Positions 23,301-35,045 are shown, counted from the stretch's first letter. The stretch is DNA of 37,632 bases from Jimgerdemannia flammicorona (GCA_003990765.1 RBNJ01000185.1:1-37632), one strand, 5' to 3'. Numbers and translations: made by a program. Notes: a model not told the origin generated them from the letters alone.

Positions 23301-26300
23301 ATGTCAACAGCTTTGATTGCTGAATTTGCTGAGTCTTCCTCTCTGGTACCGTCAGTCTCACCAGAGAGGGCTTGCCATTTCCCAGGAATTCAAAGACTTC
23401 TTCCTTATAGGTGTCTATCAGTGGTTCAAAATATCCCAGTGTTGTTCCCTTGGGGATAGTTATTACTTCGAAGCCCAAGTTTCTGATAGGGATGTGGATC
23501 AGTGACATCTGGTCATGAATCCATTCTTCAGTCAGGAGGATGTGGTGTTCCTTTTGAAGCTCCAGTGATGGTGCAAATATCAAGTTGTTTGCTTCTATTG
23601 GTAGGTGCACATCTAGGCCTTTTTGCTGGTAGGGCTGCAGGAGGATGTCTTCTCTTGCTTGGATTGGGCAGCAGATGTGGGGTCTCATTTGTCGGAATTG
23701 AGCAACTGTTGCTAGATGAATCTTGATAGGTGGTGTCTGTAGATTTCTATTGGTGCTTCTAAAGCCTCCTTGTCCTCTGTTGGTATCTTCTAGTTGGTCT
23801 ACCTCTTGGATGGTCGGCTGTGATGTCTTGATAAACAGGATTTGGCAGATGGCTTCCATAGGACTGAAGAATTGGCTGGTTCTACTAGAATTGTGGATAA
23901 TGGCCTTCAAGGGACCTCGGTAGTCCTGATTGATGACTCCTCCTTCTACTGTGACTCCTTTGGTTGCCCATGAGGATCTTGAGGCCAATTGTCCATAATG
24001 CCCTGGTGATATAGCAAGTGCAATCTGTAGGTCAAAAGTCCTGATACTTCTGGGTCGGATTCTTGCTTGGTAGGGGAGGCAGAGGTCATAACCAACTGAT
24101 CCTTCTGTTTGTGCAAGAGGTGGCTGTGCCCAGGGGGAAAGTAGCTTGACCTGGATAATTGGTTGAGCTTTGAGGAATGGCACTTCAGCTGTTGCCATTG
24201 TAGGTGAGAAGTCCATGCACTCTGGTTTGAAGAAAGGCCAGTGAGCTCCTGTCTTTGAGTTTCTTGTGTAATTGAATCCAGTCTTTCCTAGAGGGTCCAG
24301 AGCTTCCATAAGGATGAAGGCAAGGTTGATTTCTTCTTTTCCTTGATGAGGGTGGCAGTACCAGTGAATGATAGCAAGAACTTCCAATGGTAGATCCCAG
24401 ATAGAGGTCTTGCTCTTGAACTTGCAATCTCCTTCATGGTTGATTTCTTTGCACTTCTAACAGGCCCAGCGAATTCAAGGTTCTTGCAGGGTGGGATCCT
24501 TTCTCTTAACTCGGCTCTTGTAGACATCTTCGCTGAGGTGAACATCTCAATGTTCACACCAGTAGCAGGTAAAGGTTTTTCTGCAATCACAATGTCCCTT
24601 CTTGACAAAGTCTTCATTTCACTGTTTGACCTCCCTACTGGTAGGGAATCTCTTCCGATACTTGTCATAGGTGGGCTGTGTGATCTAGAGGGCCCAGGTG
24701 ATAGTGTAAGAGCTGTTGCTTTCTCCTTCAATGGTAAGGGACTTGAATGTTTGGTGGGTGAGGATCTTCTGTCCTTCCTTATAGGTCTTCTTGAAGGTCT
24801 TCGGGGTTGAGGGTTGTATTCAGCTGTGGGATGGTGCTTGCTTCAATTCATCCTTATCATCAATTTCTGGCATTGGAATCTTCTTGAGATCCAGGATTCG
24901 GCAATTGCTGCAATCATCTCTTGGTGAGTGGAAGCTGATGAAATGTTCACATATGCCTCAATGAAAGGCTTGCATAATCCGATTTTCTACCAGTGGTGGT
25001 GGTGGTTGAGCAGAAGGTCCTGCAAACTCAAGTGCTGCCCTTGTATTAATGGCTCTATCAATGCTTTCTTCCAGGCCTTCAACACCAATAACTCCAATGA
25101 AAGAGTCTTCTTGTTCACTTTCTTGATTCCTTTGAGCATCGAAATCACTTCCTAGTTCTTGTAGGAAATTGGCCTCGCTTTCATCCTCGGTAGTAGTGGG
25201 GGTATCACTATGTCCTTGCCATTCTGTTTCTGAGGCTTGATTCATCTTTTTAGATGATCCTTTCGAGTCAATGGGCACCTTGTGCTTCTGTCCATGAATG
25301 GAGAAGACCAGGAGTTGTTTCTTGATATCTACATTGGCTCCAACTCGGCTTAACCAGTCAGTTCCCAGGATCAGGTCATAGGAGGTTGCAGGGGTTACAA
25401 TGGCTTTGGGTACATTGAGGCAGGCCTTTTCAACTTAAATGGAGATGTCTCTGACAAGTCCAAGGGGTGTGGAAGCTGATCCATCGGCCATAATAACTCT
25501 TGCTTTGGTTCCTTCATCTATTCCCCATCCAATTCGCTCCAACATTCTTTGGGTGATGATGCATACTGCTGCTCCAGTATCGACAAGGATTCTGGCATTT
25601 TCACCATGCACTTTTTTATTAGCGAGTCTTGTAGATTGATGTTCATGTCACTGGCTCTCATAGACTGTGTAGATAGTGCTAGGTTCTTGAGTATGTGGTC
25701 CTTGGACTGGAAGTCTCTTGGTATCTTCCTTGGCTTCTTTCAGGAATTTTCGCCTGACCTCTGGTGCATTCTTGAGGACTTGCTCAACTGTAAGACCAGC
25801 ATTCTGTAGGCAGATATGTTTCCAAAGTGAGGCTGCTGTATGGGGCTTGCTGCTTCTTCAGTGTCTTGGTCCCTTGGGGTGTAGTCTCTCATTCCTGACA
25901 GGCATTTCATCAGCTGAAGATTCTATGCTCATATGCTCATCTTCTTCAAGGTCTGGCAGGGTAGAGCTGGGGGTTATCCTAGATGGTCCGGCTTCTGGTT
26001 CAGGAGTATCTCTTCTAACCCGCTTTTCCTGTTCTTGTGGAGTGTCTGAAGAAGAATGACCATATTGTGGATGCTTGCCTGTGGATACTGTTACTGGCAG
26101 TTGAGGTGGGGGGTTTCTTTGTGGTCTTCCTTGTCCTCGGGTCTCTGCGGGGGCAGCTTCCCATGTCACCTTGGATGGAAAAGCCTCGAAGTATGGGTAG
26201 GTGTCATCTTCTTGACCATGGAGCCAGGCTGCTTCTTCTTCCATTTCCTGAGTCTCTTCATCTACCTGAAAGAGGTTGACATTCCTGTCATTGGACTGGG

Positions 26301-28119
26301 TGGGTTGGTTCCTTGGCCAATTCCTCTGGATGTGGCCTTGATTTCCACAGTTGAAGCAGGTGGGACCATAGGAACCAGTCGCTGATGAGGCTGTAGTTGC
26401 AGCTGGTAGTGTGGGGGCAGGATCTCTGTTGTCTTGTTGCCGGTAGTCTGGTCTGTTATCACAATAGTAGTCTTGTTGTCTTCTGCCTTAGTTGTTCAGC
26501 TGGGCAACCACAATGGCCAGGTCCTTCATTTGCTTGGTGAGCATTGTCATGGGGTCTTCTTGAACTCTTGATGTTTGCTGCTGCTGTGGTTGCCTAAATG
26601 GAGTCGGATTTGTGGGTGCTGGTCTGTTCTCATAGTTGGCTATCTGGGCTCTGAGGAAGGTATTCTCTTGCTCCATGATTGTTCCTTGGGTCCTTGGGGT
26701 TTCAGCTTGGATTGGCTCAGGATAGTCTTGTACTTGTTGTACTGGTCTATAATCTGCTTCCCAACATCCTTGTGCTCCAGCAACTTGCTGTTCGATGTTT
26801 CAATATCCCATCCTGATAACTTGCCTTTGGAGTTCTGGGTATAAGCCATTGAGGAAGGTGGTTGAGGCTAGGGCCAGTTGGACTGCTGGTTGAAGGTTCG
26901 CCTTGATCATTTGAGCTTGAATCCGATGGTAGAAACTCTTGGGAGTTTTATTAGCAGCTTGGCTCATGTAGGTCAAAGCCTCCTGTGCTTCTTGTTGGCA
27001 CTCAAATCCATTGAACTGGGCACGAAGCCAGGCTTTGTGAATCATGTATCTTGCTACATGATTTCTATCAGGTTGAAGGCCATCATTCAGTTCCTCTGCA
27101 TGGATTCCTCCTCCGGCTTGCTTGGTTTGATTATACCTCTGTAGGGCTGGTCCTCTCAAGAGTGACTCTACAATTCTGAGTTTCCTTGCAGCATCCCATT
27201 GTTTAGTGGCTGCTTGGACTTCAATTTCTCCAAAGAATTCCTCGATATCTTCGTTGTCTGCACCATGGAACTTCTGAAGGTAGCTCATGTCTGGCTCGTC
27301 TTCACTATCTAAATATTGTTCAGGGGTGGGGGATCTGGCAGATCCTCGGGGTAGTGGGAAAGGTGGTGGTACTAGTACTTGATGATCTAGAGGTGCTGGC
27401 AGAGGGCGGTGTCTTGGTGAGGGTGAGGGTAATCTGGCTCTTCTAATTAATGCTGGAGTTGAAGTCCTGGATAGTGGTGGAGATCTTCTGATAGACTAGT
27501 GGTAGTGGCAAGGTGTGAGTGACCAGGGTACTGAAGTTCAAGCAACTGATGGTGGGAGTGGACTGATATAACTGATAGTGAGTTTGTCTGCCCCTTGCTG
27601 TTGTGAAGTAGTGAGGTCTTGTTCGTCTAGTTGCTGCTGTGGGTCAGTGTCACTGTCTGGATAATAGTATAGGTTGAATTCGTCCCTTTGATGGTCTGAT
27701 CCCCAATCGTCGTCTTGCTCTGGTTGATATAGATGATAGTTCTCTTCCCCTTCTGATGTTTCAAAGTATACCTGGTCTAGTGGAGTGACTCAAGTAACAA
27801 CAGTAGTTATGTAGTCACTTCTGTCTGAGTTCTTCCTATGGATAAGGGTCTGATACTCCTCGGGGATATCCTCTTCTTCTTCTTGGCCTAAGTCTTGGAT
27901 CTGAAGGGGTGGTTCTGGTTGTCCTCTGAGTCGTCTCCTTTCTCTTGAAGTCAAACCATAATCTGGGTCACTTCTTTCTTCTGATTTGGTTTTCTGGCTA
28001 CTGGTGTTGAATAGGGTCCTGGCTACTGTTCTGACAAGGGTGTGGGCTTTCTTTTCGGCTGAGGAGGGCTGTTGCTGCCCCTGGTTTGGTTGCTGACTTA
28101 GTCCTGCTAAGTTCTCCAC
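20367..28119 (-). pseudogene. Element C gag-pol polyprotein pseudogene (ancestrally one ~2500-aa frame)
   Basis: Track ORFs starting 28119, 27288, 26676, 26244, 25278 and 24387 share one frame. Motifs: gag FHGADNEDIEEF, CFNCGNQGH knuckle, PR ILVDTGAA, dUTPase, RT YIDD, RH, IN (CDTCQR, LGIDIIGPL, IITDQG, KWEGPY). Frameshifts near 23300 and 21600-21850. Confidence 0.92.
23749..24159 (-). pseudogene. dUTPase domain within element C pol
   Basis: Motifs GSVGYDL, RSSWA, GGVINQDYRG, ICQILF and RGQGGFRST (D>N and G>R substitutions consistent with G>A decay). Confidence 0.92.
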
Positions 28120-28168
28120 TGTAGATAGCTGGGTTCTTGAGCCAAATGGTCAAGTCTTTTGAAAACTT

Positions 28169-28185
28169 TCCCAGTTGAGCCTCCA
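28169..28185 (-). promoter_or_regulatory. Primer binding site of element C
   Basis: TGGAGGCTCAACTGGGA, 3 nt after the 5' LTR end; looks complementary to a tRNA 3' end (identity uncertain, tRNA-Pro-like). Confidence 0.75.
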
Positions 28186-28188
28186 AAA

Positions 28189-30541
28189 TGTGGCGTTGGT
28201 TATGTATAATAAACTTCGACTGCACGGCTCAATGCGTGCCACTTGGTGAAGCGCACGATGGATAACTGAAGGTTTTGGTGACGTTCGCGGGTCAATGGTC
28301 ATGTGATTGGGTCGTTCGATTCATGCGGTAATAATGGCAGAAGGTCGTTCGATTGTTCATTGGCTCAGGACATTGATGGCTCAATTGTTTAGTGGAAAAG
28401 GGTGTTATTGCTAACAGAGGGTGGTTACTTGGGTGTGCTGGCAGCGATAAACTTGATGGCGAACTTGAATTTATGTGGCGACGACAGGCTTGCTCTTTAT
28501 GCGGTCAATTAAAGTGGGCGACAGTCTTGACTTTAAGCAGTTCGTGGCGCAGTAGGTTGGAAATCAGTCGACGGCTCGCTCGTCCATCTTGTTTAACTTG
28601 AAAGGTTCCAGGCAGTCATTTGAGTATCTTGGCGGGTCTTATGTAGGCTGCAGTCTTGTTTTGGCTGGGTATCCTTGGTTTCCTTGGTTTTCCGGGTCTT
28701 GAATCTTGGCAGTCAAATGGTGGCAGTTGGGTAATGTTTTCTTTCCATGGCAAGAGAAAATTCTTTAACTCAAACTTCTGAGCGATCTGTTGCTCTAGGT
28801 TGTTATCTTGTTCTCAGAATTTATCCAGTCTCTTGGAGGCAGTGAGGTTTCTCAGTAATCCTTTTTACTTTTAAACATAAGCTGACTGACTGAGGTTTAT
28901 TTACTCTAAGAATATGGGTTATTTATACAAGTTTGCTAGCTATGGGGGGAGGGGGTGCGACTAAGGCTAAGGTATACTACGTGGTGGTGAACTTCGCTAT
29001 GCTATTGGTTTGCATGATGCGAGGTGCAGACTATTGTTTACTATGGATTGGGTTGTAGGGGATAGTGACGCTGGAAACGGTTGTGACAATTGTTTGCACC
29101 GAATAGGGATAAGATGGATGCTAGTGCTGGATATGGATGTTGTGGGTGGTAATGCTGGATTCGGACTTGCTGACATGATACGATGATTGTTGCCAGAAAT
29201 GGTTGTGGAGGGTGGCAATGCTAAAAACGGACTTGCTGACTAAAATGCTGAAAATGGTGGCACTGGATAGCAATGCTGAATTCGGACTTACTGACTTTGC
29301 TGACATGAAGGTTGCACAATTCTCACGGCTGATGGGTGGTACTTCTAGAGGGAATAGTAGTACCCTTCATCCGTGGTGGGCAAATCTTGCTGGGTTGCGA
29401 TTTCTTCTTCATCATATCTCTCCTCAAAGGGGGGGAGTGCCGGCCAAGAGGTGAGGGGGTAGAAAAGTGGCCAGTCATCTTCAACAACATTCTCTAACCC
29501 TTGAACAGCTTGAATGTGGACAGAGGACTGGTAGACTCTCTGTTGCTCCTCTTCTTCTTCTGGAGACTTGTCAGTTTCAGTATCAGAGGAGATTTCTTCA
29601 GGGGCAGGGTCTTGGAGTTCTTGGGCTTCCTCTTTAAAGATGGAGACCTCTTGGGCTTCTTCTTGATTCAGTTCCCAAATGACGAGATGTGAATTGTGGC
29701 TGACAGGGTGGTGGGTGGTTGGGGTAGCTCCAATGGGTGCTTCTATGGTAATGAGCGGTCCTTCAAATATCTCCATAAGACTCATTAGATGACCTTGATG
29801 GTTGTCTCAGAGTGGGGTGGTGTGGAAACCTGGCTGAGTAGGTTCAGTTTGTTGACTTCCTACGGTGACGCAGTTGCTGCCAATAGAGTTGACTACTTCA
29901 GATTCTATCCAGTCAGCATCTTCAGTTGAAAGGCAGAAGAGGCTGCCAGCTGTTACTCCTTGCAGATATGCTATAGCCCAGGGAATATGGCAGAAGATTT
30001 GATGGACATGGAGGGCTCTCTTGATTAGCCGGCTAGTGGTTAACATTTCGGCAATGAGGTCTTCTTGGTCATCTTCTTGAGTCTCTTTGCAAAGGTGGTG
30101 TCCAATTTCGTAGTCATGCCAGAGGGTCATTCGTTCAGTAGTGTCTTTGAGCTGTTGGGTCATTATATACTGGTAGTTGATGAAGTGTCCAAGGTCCTCG
30201 GTGTAGAAGTTCAAGTGTTCAGAAGTATCTGGTTGCCAGATGGCCTTCTTGATAGCTTCAAAGATCAGGGTCTTTGGGCCAGGCAAAGGGGTAGAGCAGC
30301 GGGAGGTCTGGTTGGATCGGTGAATAGGAGGCATTATGTAGTGGGTACTTGGTTCTTTGGTGCTGATCCCTGAGGCGGAGTATGGTTCCTTAAATAACAT
30401 AGTCTTCATTTTGGCTCAGATCCTCTTGTCTTCTTTTGGGATGATCACCTAATGGGTCAGGCTGTCTATTTGATTGTCATGCCATTATGTTGTCTGATCT
30501 TAGCAGTCACCGGTACTCCATTGTCAATTGTATACATCACA
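28189..30541 (-). repeat. 5' LTR of element C (2353 bp); TATAAATA 28920-28927
   Basis: Direct repeat of 17957-20305 with a 4-bp indel. Confidence 0.95.
29345..30409 (-). pseudogene. LTR(U3)-encoded ORF of family C, 5' LTR copy (354 aa, one internal TGA at 29807)
   Basis: Track ORFs 29807-30409 and 29345-29785 are in frame. The TGA is CAA in the other LTR (ancestral CGA). Confidence 0.8.
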
Positions 30542-32102
30542 CTATATATACCTTAATAATATAAGAATTTAGGTCTCTGATATCCTTATCTACTTATAAA
30601 TTCTGTAAGAACTATATATATAATATATGTATCTATAGCTAGATATATGAGATTTGACAAGATATACTAATATATTATCTGAGACTTTTACTGATCTAAA
30701 TAATATTCAATATTAAGAATTATATTATATTCTGTGATATCTGCTAAAGATACAAGCTTAGTAACTAGATACTAGCTGATACACTATAGCTATTATTAAT
30801 TCTCATCTAAAATTGAGACTATATCCAAATAAACTTTATTGTTTAGTTGCTAAAAACCAAAAAGGATAGAGATGTGATCATTGTTTTCATTGATCATCTC
30901 AGTAAGTAAATCTACTTCATTATAACAATCATTACTATAATAGTATCAGAAACAGTATGCTATTTATTGATAATATATTCTACCTTCATAAACTACTATT
31001 AGTAATTATCTCAGACCAAGATGTAAAATTTATAAATAGCTTTTAGCAAGCACTCTTCAAGAGCCTAGAAAATATCTATAGTATATTACTTACAAATAGA
31101 TGGTCAGACAGAAAGAGCCAATAAAATCCTGAAATAGATACTTAGTATCTATTGCAGCTATAAGCAAAATGACTGGGATGAAAAGCTAATCTTAGCTAAA
31201 TTTATATATAATAATAGCTTAAGTATAAGTATCAAAATAATACTATTTTATCTAAACCATGAACAATATTCATAAACTCCTATAATTGCTATCTAAACTA
31301 TAGTATTAGCTATATAAGGAATTACTGATACTATATAAAATAACATCTAGTAAGTATAAGATGTTCTTATAGAGATATAAATAATATAAGTAATATATAC
31401 TAATAAAAATAGAAGAGAAGTTTCTTACAAAAAAGAAGAATAAGTATTACTCAGCACCTAGTATCTGACTCTAGAAAATACAGACTCCAAAAAGAAGCTT
31501 GGACCCTACTATATTAGACTATTCAAGATCTTTAAAAAATATGAATCTATTATATATAAGTTAGATCTCTCAGTAATACTAGGAAAAATCCACCCAGTAT
31601 TTTATATAGTACTCTAAATGAGCTAGTTCAGATCAGATTCAAATCAGATTCAAGTTGATCTGGATCAGCTCAGATAGAAAATGAGCTGATTCAGATTAAT
31701 TTGAATCAAACATTATTTTGATTTCCAAATTAGACAATTAAATGTTTACATCAATAACTTAATATATAATCTTCTAATTTTAATAATCATTATATCATTT
31801 GAAAGCCCTTAATAAGACCTTTCTAATGATATCAAGAACATTAAAATCAGATTATACATTGCTGAGCTATGTATTAAGAAAACCATTCTTTTAAAAATTA
31901 GTAAGTTGGATAATTTTCAAAATTGGTAAGTTAGACATTTTTCTTAATAACTCAACAATACATAATCCAATTTCAATATTCTTGATATTATTAGAAAGGC
32001 CTTATTAAGAGCTTTAAAATGACACTATTATTATTAAAATTAGATAATTATATATCAAGTTATTGATGTAAACATTTAATTATCTAATTTGGAAATCAAA
32101 AC

Positions 32103-34039
32103 TATAATAGTATGTCTTTACTATTATGGTAATTGTACTCTTTAAATTAATAATCCTTGATATCAATGACTTAAAGACACTTATGTCAGGTGTCTGTAGC
32201 TTGAGGAAGTAGCTGTCTTAACGTCTAAGTACTGTCTATTGTACTTCTAATTGATCTAGTCTCCTTCTGGTAGACTTAGATAATAATTTGGCAATTATAG
32301 ACTTTAATTCTTTAAAGTCTAAGTCCTTTAGTATATCTTTTTTAGATATAGTCTGATTCTGAGAATTATATTTATATTCTTCAGAGTTCAAATATATATA
32401 GAGTTCAGGACATCTATTTTTAGATGTAATCTTTTTAGTTAAAGTTATTCAGAGACTTATCTATATACTATAGACTTTAAGTCTTGATTGTTTTAAGAAT
32501 TATTCTGTAAATATTTCTGTCCTTTATTGAGTTGCTTGTTTAGGGGTATTTATATATTTTTAAGGACTTTACATATTGACTGACTATTGGTTAGAAGATA
32601 TAAGACAGAAAGTCACTAGAAATAATATAAAAGTTATATTAAAATAGTATTATTATGAAGTCATAATAATTCTATTTAATGATATCATTTTCATATGCTA
32701 TTTATGAAGTAATATTCTAGATTTTCGACTAAGACTTTGTGATGTAATATATTATATCATGAGATAGTAACAGACTTCTCTGAAAGGAGATAAGACTTTT
32801 TCCAAAGTCTCAGATCTAGATGATATAGTACTAGACTTATCAGAGTCTAGTTCTGATCTAGTGATCACAGATGATGATATAGATACTGGTGAGGCTAGTC
32901 TCACATTGAATAGTATAGGAATTCCCTGTAGCCAGATGTTTATAGATATCTGGACCTGAGAAGTGAGTGCTTGAAATAGACTAAGGAGTTTATTAAAGAC
33001 TTTATTCTCATATAGCTATATATCATCATTATGATACTCTTGTAGATTAAAGTCATTTATAAGGTCTAGCTCAATTTGACTTGTCAATTGATTGCTAAGG
33101 CTACTAATTTCAGCAGGAGTTACTCTTCTTATACTACTAATAGTATAGAGTATTCTCTAGAGTAATTGGTAGATATGAACTAAAATATACTATCTAAAAA
33201 TAGAGATATTATATTTATCTATAACCTCTGATAGAGTCAAGTCACTGTTTACTAGGAGTCTATCAGCTTGGTAGTTTCTTAGTATTTAGAAGTGTCTTAT
33301 GATTGATTACATTCTTACAGCAATCTCATCAGTAGTTTGTAAAAACTGCTCTATATTATAAATGTTAAGATCAATATATTCCCAGTTGTACTAGTATTAG
33401 TGATCAAAGACTACTTCCCAAAGAGCTTCATAGATATATTCAGAAGGTGTGAGCATGATTTGTTTAAATCTTAGTTTTGTTTTGAGGGAGAGGTGTCTAT
33501 ATGTTTATATGACTATTGTTTAGATAATTATTTTCCAGAGCCAATTTGTAGGATATTTATTTATTTATCAACCAAACTATTTTAGTATATGGTAACTATG
33601 ATTTCATAGCTTATCATAGTCTAGTTTAGCCCATTAAGTCACTAGTCTTAAAGATCTTACTAACTCCTGACATCAGAGGGCTGATAATATTAGTAGCTAA
33701 TTTTGATATACTCTAGTTTTTATAATATCATAGACTATTTTAGTTTATATCATCAATATGGCTAAAAACTAATTTAGTTTCATATTATTTTTAGCATTCT
33801 TGGTCTATTTCTGAGATATATCTATAGTGATGTCAGTGTGAGTATACACTAAACTAGTACAGAAGCTAGTGTGACTACTATGATATCACTGGCTGAAGAG
33901 AGCTGAAATTAGTGCAAAATCATTATGATCTCACTAATATTTTTGGTTTTTCTAATATGTAACCTTACTGGTAATATAAACTTATGATGTCAGCTTGATA
34001 ACATCATCCTTTATTATATTGGAATTTAATTTCATTACA
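32103..34039 (-). repeat. Solo LTR of family A (1937 bp) with 5-bp TSD AAAAC
   Basis: Reverse complement of 6758-8673; TG...TA(CA) ends; AAAAC at 32098-32102 and 34040-34044. Confidence 0.9.
32750..33456 (-). pseudogene. LTR(U3)-encoded ORF of family A, solo-LTR copy
   Basis: MLTPSEYIYEALWEVVFDH...NWEYIDLNIYNIEQF...VHIYQLL*RILYTISSIRRVTPAEISSLSNQLTSQIELDL; many stops complementary to the 7325-8032 copy. Confidence 0.75.
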
Positions 34040-34493
34040 AAAACAATGTTCAATTCAAATCAATCCAGATCAGCTTGTTTTCTATCTGAGCTAATCTAAA
34101 TAGAATTCAATCTAAATCTAATCTAAATCTAATCTGAATCTAATTCAGATTGAATTGATTGTTTGGAATACTAGTTTCATATATTTCAACTTTAGCTATA
34201 TACTCTAAATACCTTTAAAGAAAGAACTGTACAATCTTCAGATCTAGTAATTATTGATCAGTAATTAAAATATGAAGTAGATCATATCCTAGATCATAAG
34301 AATTACTGATTTGGATGAGTTACCAAGTCTACCTGATACTATTGTAAAATGAAAGAGATATCTCAAGTATGATACTATTTGGGAAAAAGAAGATAATCTT
34401 TTACCAAATATAGAAAAAGTAGTAATCTATATCTAGTATAATAGAAATTCTAACAGAATTTCTAAAAGATAGTCATATCTCTAAATACCCTTA

Positions 34494-35045
34494 ATGAAGA
34501 GAAGTATAAATATTCTGAAACAATTTCATATAGATAATCTACCTCTAATATAAGTATCTAGTAATAATACTGAGAACAAACTAAGAATAAAATTATTACT
34601 GCTATCCTTATAGCTATCAAATATCAATAGAATTCTACTGAACTACTTTCTGTCAACATATAAATCTCTAGAGACTCAGATCTAAATAAAGTCTAATAAT
34701 ATCTTAGAAGAATCAAATATTTCCAGATTTCTGCTATTAATAAGAATTAAAAGAGTATTATAAGATAGAATATCTCATCTATCAATAAGCTACTCTCAGT
34801 ACTACCAAACAACAAGTCTATCTTTTTATTGACAATTATATCTATATGGTTGCCAAAAGACTTTATATTCTTTTCTACACCTAACTCTAAGTTCTTGATT
34901 ACTTCTATAGAGTATTCTCTGAGAATATTATCAATTTAAATAATGAACAATAGAGTGATATTGTTTTTCAAGTAGTTCAGTATATTGCTCTTTAGTTTGA
35001 TGAGTATCTAGAGTTTAGTACTAAGTCTAATAGGTAGACTCAGAT
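34494..35045 (+). pseudogene. Decayed extra ORF between chromodomain and PPT of element D
   Basis: EYYKIEYLIY...YMVAKRLYILFYT*L*VLDYFYRVFSENIINLNNEQ*SDIVFQV (34752-34980), with gapless pattern similarity to the LTR-ORF core. Confidence 0.5.

Larger units (their letters stand above)
17957..30541 (-). mobile_element. Element C: structurally complete 12.6-kb dUTPase-encoding Ty3/gypsy LTR retrotransposon (mutationally inactivated)
   Basis: Two TG..CA LTRs, 4-bp TSD CTAT (17953-17956 / 30542-30545), PBS, PPT and gag-PR-dUT-RT-RH-IN order. Confidence 0.95.
31607..34173. mobile_element. Non-autonomous fold-back (MITE-like) DNA transposon, ~625 bp without its nested LTR, probably hAT
   Basis: Termini TAGTACTCTAAATG...GTTTGGAATACTA; ~250-bp inverted arms; degenerate 8-bp TSD ATTTTATA/GTTTCATA; splits element D codons IHPV|FHI. 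Confidence 0.8.

Noticed and set aside
6758..34039. 1.9-kb inverted repeats flanking ~23 kb, read as TIRs of one giant DNA element
   Set aside because: The left copy follows a PPT and integrase (3' LTR); the right copy has its own 5-bp TSD inside a MITE. They are independent LTR insertions.
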